Part shown: in pieces, positions 56,757 through 61,179 of the stretch
Position numbering within the stretch: the stretch's first letter is position 1
Layout: each line of letters begins with the position of its first letter
Source of the DNA: a virus
Length of the DNA stretch: 64,000 nt
Direction: 5' to 3' (one strand)
IMG/VR virus record: IMGVR_UViG_3300015242_000020
Span: 1 to 64,000 of that record
Notes under the pieces: generated by a model
What the model saw: only the letters and a program-made list of their open reading frames with translations
Told to the model about the DNA's origin: nothing
Databases searched by the model: none
Position numbers and translations under genes: made by a program

Positions 56757-56833
56757 TGGTTTCCCAGAGAGGATTCGAACCTCCGACTTCTGCATCCGTA
56801 GTGCAGCGCTCTAATCCACTGAGCTACTGGGAA
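56757..56833 (-). tRNA. tRNA-Arg(ACG)
   Basis: Cloverleaf; CCA encoded. Confidence 0.9.
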
Positions 56834-56834
56834 A

Positions 56835-56910
56835 TGGTGCCTCCGACAGGATTCGAACCTGCATACCATCGGGGTAGGGGCCCGGCGCTCATCCGTTGAG
56901 CTACGAAGGC
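56835..56910 (-). tRNA. tRNA-Arg(CCT)
   Basis: Cloverleaf; C33; CCA encoded. Confidence 0.82.
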
Positions 56911-56993
56911 TTGGCTCCCATGGACTTATTTGTGAGCCTGGGAGCTTCGAAGCCACAGAATGAGACGGTGATCAGGCGCCCCTATCTATGCTG

Positions 56994-57065
56994 CGATCCT
57001 GACGGGAATTGAACCCGCACAATCCACCGTGACAGGGTGGCGCTCTACCGTTAAGCCACAGGATC
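56994..57065 (-). tRNA. tRNA-Asp(GTC)
   Basis: Cloverleaf. Confidence 0.9.
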
Positions 57066-57113
57066 TTAGTGTCCTTCCGAGAAAGCCCGTACATGGAGAA
57101 CTCGGAAGGAACG

Positions 57114-57186
57114 TCCGCCCCGAGGGACTCGAACCCTCGACCCACCGAGTAAGAGTCGGTTGTCTCTGCCGCTGAGCTAGAGGCGG
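57114..57186 (-). tRNA. tRNA-Lys(CTT)
   Basis: Cloverleaf. Confidence 0.85.
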
Positions 57187-57191
57187 TTATT

Positions 57192-57275
57192 GACGGGGGA
57201 TTGGGATGTACTGGGAATCGAACCCAGCACCGAAGGGCCTCTCCGGCCGTATCCACACGTAATCCCACCCCCGTC
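57192..57275 (-). ncRNA. tRNA-like RNA with extended acceptor helix and no anticodon loop
   Basis: T-arm CTGGG-TTCGATT-CCCAG; closing helix of about 16 bp. Confidence 0.55.
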
Positions 57276-57322
57276 GGGGTGCCGGTTTCTCATCCGGCTC
57301 TGCGGCCGTACGAACCGCATTG

Positions 57323-57395
57323 TGGAGATGACAGGCTTCGAACCCGCGACATCCTGGTTGCAGGCCAGGCGCTCTACCAACTGAGCTACATCCCC
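57323..57395 (-). tRNA. tRNA-Ala(TGC)
   Basis: G3:U70; C33. Confidence 0.9.
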
Positions 57396-57407
57396 TTGAT
57401 CTAAACG

Positions 57408-57482
57408 TCCGCCCCCTCGGATTCGAACCGAGACTCTGACGTGGTAAAAGCACGCGGTTTTGGCCAATTAAACTAGAGGCGG
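57408..57482 (-). tRNA. tRNA-Lys(TTT)
   Basis: Cloverleaf. Confidence 0.85.
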
Positions 57483-57487
57483 TTATA

Positions 57488-57579
57488 GCCCCAACCCGGC
57501 GCAAGGTCACCATTATGGATCGGTCGGTTACGTGATCCGCCTCGCTATTCGCGGTCCGACAACCGTCCGGGTTGGGGTA
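57488..57579 (-). ncRNA. putative structured ncRNA
   Basis: CCCCAACCCGG/CCGGGTTGGGG closing helix and two inner hairpins. Confidence 0.5.
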
Positions 57580-57581
57580 TG

Positions 57582-57653
57582 CAGTCCCGGTGGGAATCGA
57601 ACCCACACCCTCTGATTGAGAATCAGGAATCCAGACCACTAGACGACGGGACC
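57582..57653 (-). tRNA. tRNA-Glu(CTC)
   Basis: Cloverleaf. Confidence 0.88.
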
Positions 57654-57692
57654 AAAAGTATTGAGTTTTCAAAGGCCAGATGTAACTGTGCG

Positions 57693-57766
57693 TACCGCAG
57701 GTGAGAGTCGAACTCACATCAACCTGATCCTAAATCAGGCGCCTCGCCGGTTTGGGCTACTGCGGC
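57693..57766 (-). tRNA. tRNA-Leu(TAG), short variable loop
   Basis: Cloverleaf; A73. Confidence 0.85.
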
Positions 57767-57782
57767 ATATTCAGTTGTGACG

Positions 57783-57856
57783 TGCCCCCGGAGTGATTCG
57801 AACACTCACCACCTGGGATTTGACTCCAGTGCATCTGCCAATTGTGCTACGGAGGC
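57783..57856 (-). tRNA. tRNA-Leu(CAA), short variable loop
   Basis: Anticodon loop GTCAAAT; A73. Confidence 0.8.
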
Positions 57857-57861
57857 GTACC

Positions 57862-57949
57862 TGGTGCGTAGGGGAGGAATCGAACCTCCGCCGTCCAGAG
57901 GATCCGGCTTTACAGGCCGGCGCAGCCAACCAACAGCTACCTCCTACGC
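57862..57949 (-). tRNA. tRNA-Tyr(GTA)
   Basis: Long variable arm; extended D-stem; CCA encoded. Confidence 0.85.
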
Positions 57950-57953
57950 GCGG

Positions 57954-58029
57954 GGCCGGTGACAGGAATTGAACCTGCGTTCGCCTGATTACTAAACAGG
58001 TGCTGTGAGCCAACGTCAGCTACACCGGC
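57954..58029 (-). tRNA. tRNA-Thr(AGT)
   Basis: GCCGGTG acceptor; anticodon loop TTAGTAA. Confidence 0.8.
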
Positions 58030-58041
58030 CGGTCTGGGGAA

Positions 58042-58176
58042 TCAGAGATATCGAGCCGTTGTGGCTCGCTGATCCTCATCGGCGCTGGAGGTTCGTTGAT
58101 CTCGCTGTCGGAGGGATTCCCGGGCACGCAGGGATGACCGCTTTCGCAGTCTCAGGCCGAGTCGTTTCGCTCGCAT
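58042..58176 (-). CDS. 44-aa Arg-rich leader ORF
   Basis: GGAGAGGAGG RBS; 12 Arg codons, 8 of them CGA. Confidence 0.5.
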   Translation of the reverse strand: MRAKRLGLRLRKRSSLRARESLRQRDQRTSSADEDQRATTARYL

Positions 58177-58413
58177 CGCGTGCCTCCTCTCCGTGGTCTT
58201 GTATGACCAGTGAAGCATCCCTAGAACCCGGGTGTCAACTGGTTTCCTCCTCCGGTATGCTCGCCGGCATCCCGTACTGAGTAGGCCGTGACTGGCCGAG
58301 GGGGCGCGGTGCAATGCGGGGTGTACTGCGTGAGACGACCTGCACCCGCTCGGTCGGCTGGTCAAGGCGCCTTGTCAGCGCTGTTTCCAGTCGGCCGGTC
58401 GGTCGGGCGGACT

Positions 58414-58785
58414 TCAGCCCCGGGTCGGAGTGAGCGCGAGCCGCTCGTGCGCCTGGTAGCCGTCCACCACCGCCGAGTCCTCCGGCGGAGGGGCACCCGG
58501 ACCGGTCCAGACGAACCGTAGGACGCCGTCAGCGATCGGGTAGGCCAAGGACCAGCCGGCGCCCTCCATGTCCCGCAGCCGGCGCCTGAGGGCCTTGAGC
58601 ACCTCGGTCAGGATGTCCAGCTCGGCGATACCCTCGAACATCTCGGCGAAGTTGTCGGACGGGGTATAGGCGTTGCCGGCCTCACCATAGTGCCGGGGAT
58701 CGTCACGAGGATCGCAATCATCATGGCCGGTAGAGCACCGCACCGGAGGGCTCTCCAGCTCGAAGCCGGGGTTGCTCAGCGCCAT
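58414..58785 (-). CDS. hypothetical protein
   Basis: ATG 58785 after GAGG. Confidence 0.6.
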   Translation of the reverse strand: MALSNPGFELESPPVRCSTGHDDCDPRDDPRHYGEAGNAYTPSDNFAEMFEGIAELDILTEVLKALRRRLRDMEGAGWSLAYPIADGVLRFVWTGPGAPPPEDSAVVDGYQAHERLALTPTRG

Positions 58786-58828
58786 GGTGGACCTCTCATC
58801 AGGGGATAGATCTATCCCGCCCAGCATG

Positions 58829-58868
58829 CCACGGCTCCGAAGACCGTGGGAGTCTCCGGAGCCGTGGA
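58829..58868 (-). terminator. hairpin
   Basis: CCACGGCTCCG...CGGAGCCGTGG. Confidence 0.5.
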
Positions 58869-58882
58869 CGATCTTACGGAGG

Positions 58883-59206
58883 TCAGACAGAGGGTGCGCT
58901 CTCGGCGGTGATCGTGATCTCGGGGATCGTCACCGTGGTGGTTGTCGAGCCGGCTGAAGCCGAATCATTAAACGATGCCACGAGGGTATCCAGAGCAGCC
59001 TGGGCGTCGGTCTGACTGGTATATCCAAGAGCCAGAGCAAATCTTACGAAAGTGGAGGCTGAATAGAAGGTGGCGATGGGATAGTAATGTCCATCTGCCG
59101 AATTCTGATCCACAAAAAGAGATGTTGCCTTGGTGATATCGAAATAGGCAGAGAGTGCAGTGACAGTGGTGGTGGAATTGTAGCCATTGGAACTGGGGAC
59201 TAACAT
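58883..59206 (-). CDS. low-GC hypothetical protein (moron-like)
   Basis: GAAAGGA RBS; AT-rich codons. Confidence 0.65.
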   Translation of the reverse strand: MLVPSSNGYNSTTTVTALSAYFDITKATSLFVDQNSADGHYYPIATFYSASTFVRFALALGYTSQTDAQAALDTLVASFNDSASAGSTTTTVTIPEITITAESAPSV

Positions 59207-59231
59207 GTCATTTTCCTTTCTGAAGGGTAAG

Positions 59232-59263
59232 CAAAAGAGCCGCCCCGAAGGGTGGCTCTTTTG
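59232..59263. terminator. bidirectional intrinsic terminator after the capsid gene
   Basis: CAAAAGAGCCGCCC-CGAA-GGGTGGCTCTTTTG. Confidence 0.8.
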
Positions 59264-59279
59264 TTGTGACGATATGAAA

Positions 59280-60428
59280 TTAGCCGCTGTGAGTAACAGC
59301 CCCAGAAGGAAGACCAGGTGCCACCACAGGCGCCGCCTCGGTTGAGGTGCTGGTGTAGTACTGGTTGATCGGCTGGGAGTACAACGGGTAGGCAGTCGGG
59401 TTGCCCAGAGGCACCGGCGAAAGGATCGTCTGGTTCGCAACCTTTGTAATGCTGGCGATACCGCGTGGGTTGAGAATCGCCATTGAGACGAACTCGTCCA
59501 TCACCCAGCCTCGGTAGAATTCCTCGACGTTGTTGTTCTCCTCGACGTCCAAGGAGTACAGCACCGGGAAGACACCCAGGAACTCCGGCTCCGGCAGCAG
59601 GTACACGGTGTTGCGAGGCACCATGACCGACCGCTGGATCTGGAACTCACCGAACGTGGTGATCTTCTGACCCGCGACCACTCGGTCCTTCATCGCCCAA
59701 CCGGTCTCGGCCTGCGGGAAGAGGTAGAAGTCCCGGTAGTCGGCCACGTTCATCAGCAGTCGGGCCGACTCGATCTCACGCAGGTCCGTCATCGTGACGG
59801 CGGTGTAGAGCGCCGCCGGGCTGATCGGGCCGTTGTCACCAATGACCACCGTCTGGGCACCCGGAGTGGGGTTGTCCGGCCGGGTGGCATAGGCGGTCAG
59901 GGCGGCCTGTAGCAGGATCATCAGCCGCGAGTCCTCTTGCTTGAGGATCGCCTGCTTCGACTCGTCCTGGGCGTGCTCGACCATATTGACCTTGAGCTGG
60001 TACAGGTCCTCTTTCCGGATCGCCGGACGGGAGGCGATACGGAAGAAGTCTACCCGAGTCCGCTTGCCCTCGAACGGGGTGACCCGGACCTCACCGTCGT
60101 GCCCAGAGAGCAGGTAAGCCTGTCCGAGGTCATCGATGATGTCGTAGACGGTCTCCGTACCGGGGGTGATCGGGTCTTCCAGCAGCACGTTGCGGACCAT
60201 GCCCTCGTACCGCAACTTCAGCTGGATCGGGCCAATCATGCCGACGCCAAGCCGGTGGAATCCGGCCACCCGGTCGGACATGATCTTTTCCATCCGCGCG
60301 GTCTTCTGCGCGGTGGTGGGCTTGGGCACGTTGCCCTGAGCGTCGGCGTGCTTCAGATACTCAGCAACGTAATCGTCGCTCTTCTTGGCGGTGCGGTACA
60401 TCCCACCGGCCAGGACTGGAGCCGTCAT
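59280..60428 (-). CDS. major capsid protein
   Basis: MIGPIQLKLRYEG.VRNVLLED, TPFEGKR, FGEFQIQRS and GWVMDE..M.ILNPRGI (Bxz1-like MCP); start ATG 60428. Confidence 0.9.
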   Translation of the reverse strand: MTAPVLAGGMYRTAKKSDDYVAEYLKHADAQGNVPKPTTAQKTARMEKIMSDRVAGFHRLGVGMIGPIQLKLRYEGMVRNVLLEDPITPGTETVYDIIDDLGQAYLLSGHDGEVRVTPFEGKRTRVDFFRIASRPAIRKEDLYQLKVNMVEHAQDESKQAILKQEDSRLMILLQAALTAYATRPDNPTPGAQTVVIGDNGPISPAALYTAVTMTDLREIESARLLMNVADYRDFYLFPQAETGWAMKDRVVAGQKITTFGEFQIQRSVMVPRNTVYLLPEPEFLGVFPVLYSLDVEENNNVEEFYRGWVMDEFVSMAILNPRGIASITKVANQTILSPVPLGNPTAYPLYSQPINQYYTSTSTEAAPVVAPGLPSGAVTHSG

Positions 60429-60462
60429 GCTTGTTCCTCTCTCAGTCTCTCGACGGGATGTG

Positions 60463-60984
60463 TTAGGCCGAAGCGCCGACGTCGCCGGTCTGCAGGCCAC
60501 CGATGCACAGCTGGCTGGCAGAGTCGACACGGATCAGTCGGGCGATGGCGCGGGTGGATCCGGTCGTGCCCTGCGGCACGAGCTTGCCTCGGTTGGCACC
60601 GGTGTTCGACGCCGAGATCAGCGCCACCGTGCCGTTGCCCGGGTCGGTCCAGGTCTTGGTGGTGTCGAATGCTGGTGCCTGCACGAGCGCCTCGCCATCA
60701 GGGTCGAGCACCCAGCAAGCCAGGGCGTTCACGTTGGCATCGAGCAGCTCGTCGATGCCGTCGCCGCCGATGTAGTTGCCGAAGAACCCGTACGGCACGC
60801 CGGTGGAGTTCACCAGCGTGACCAGGTCTCCGGTCGTCTTCATGGCGACCATGCCCGGCCAGATCGCGATCGAGCGGTCCCAGGCGGGGTCGAGAAACTT
60901 GTTCTGCGGGGTCGCCTGGGTCCATCCGTACTGGATTTTCCAGGGCCGAGACAAGTACGGCTTGGAAAGGGGTACACGTAGCAC
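60463..60984 (-). CDS. capsid decoration/minor capsid protein
   Basis: TQATP..FLDPAWDRS, PGMVAM and GGDGIDE; precedes the MCP. Confidence 0.75.
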   Translation of the reverse strand: MLRVPLSKPYLSRPWKIQYGWTQATPQNKFLDPAWDRSIAIWPGMVAMKTTGDLVTLVNSTGVPYGFFGNYIGGDGIDELLDANVNALACWVLDPDGEALVQAPAFDTTKTWTDPGNGTVALISASNTGANRGKLVPQGTTGSTRAIARLIRVDSASQLCIGGLQTGDVGASA

Positions 60985-61044
60985 GCCATTCCCTCCTCTG
61001 TCAGATGTTCCTGTCGGGAGGAGTGGCAATCCCGACTACTCCCT

Positions 61045-61082
61045 CTAGCCCTTGGGAAAGCCAAAACGCCTTAATCGACAGG
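61045..61082 (-). promoter_or_regulatory. putative late promoter CCTG-N25-AAGGGCTAG
   Basis: Shared motif upstream of the capsid genes. Confidence 0.55.
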
Positions 61083-61110
61083 GGGAGAGGTACTTCTATC
61101 TCGGCGTAAG

Positions 61111-61155
61111 AAAAGGCCCCCGGCTACTCCAGGGATGCGAGGAGTAGCCGGGGGC
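61111..61155 (-). terminator. intrinsic terminator
   Basis: GCCCCCGGCTACTCC hairpin followed by CTTTT. Confidence 0.75.
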
Positions 61156-61179
61156 GGAACTGGGAGAGGGACAGAAATA

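Noticed and set aside
57783-57856. Possible opal suppressor (TCA) reading of this tRNA
   Set aside because: Arm geometry centres the 7-nt loop on CAA; Leu body with A73. Short-variable-arm Leu tRNAs are known in Actinobacteria.
53303-58013. ORF-track calls across the tRNA cluster
   Set aside because: They overlap tRNA cloverleaves; only the HNH and RtcB ORFs are credible.
52690-58410. tmRNA, SRP RNA, RNase P or group I intron
   Set aside because: No tmRNA termini with a tag ORF, no SRP helix-8 motif, and no recognisable RNase P or intron core.
59711-59730. CCTG..AAGAGGTAG inside the capsid gene
   Set aside because: Antisense orientation and a spacer of only 4 nt, so not counted as a late promoter.
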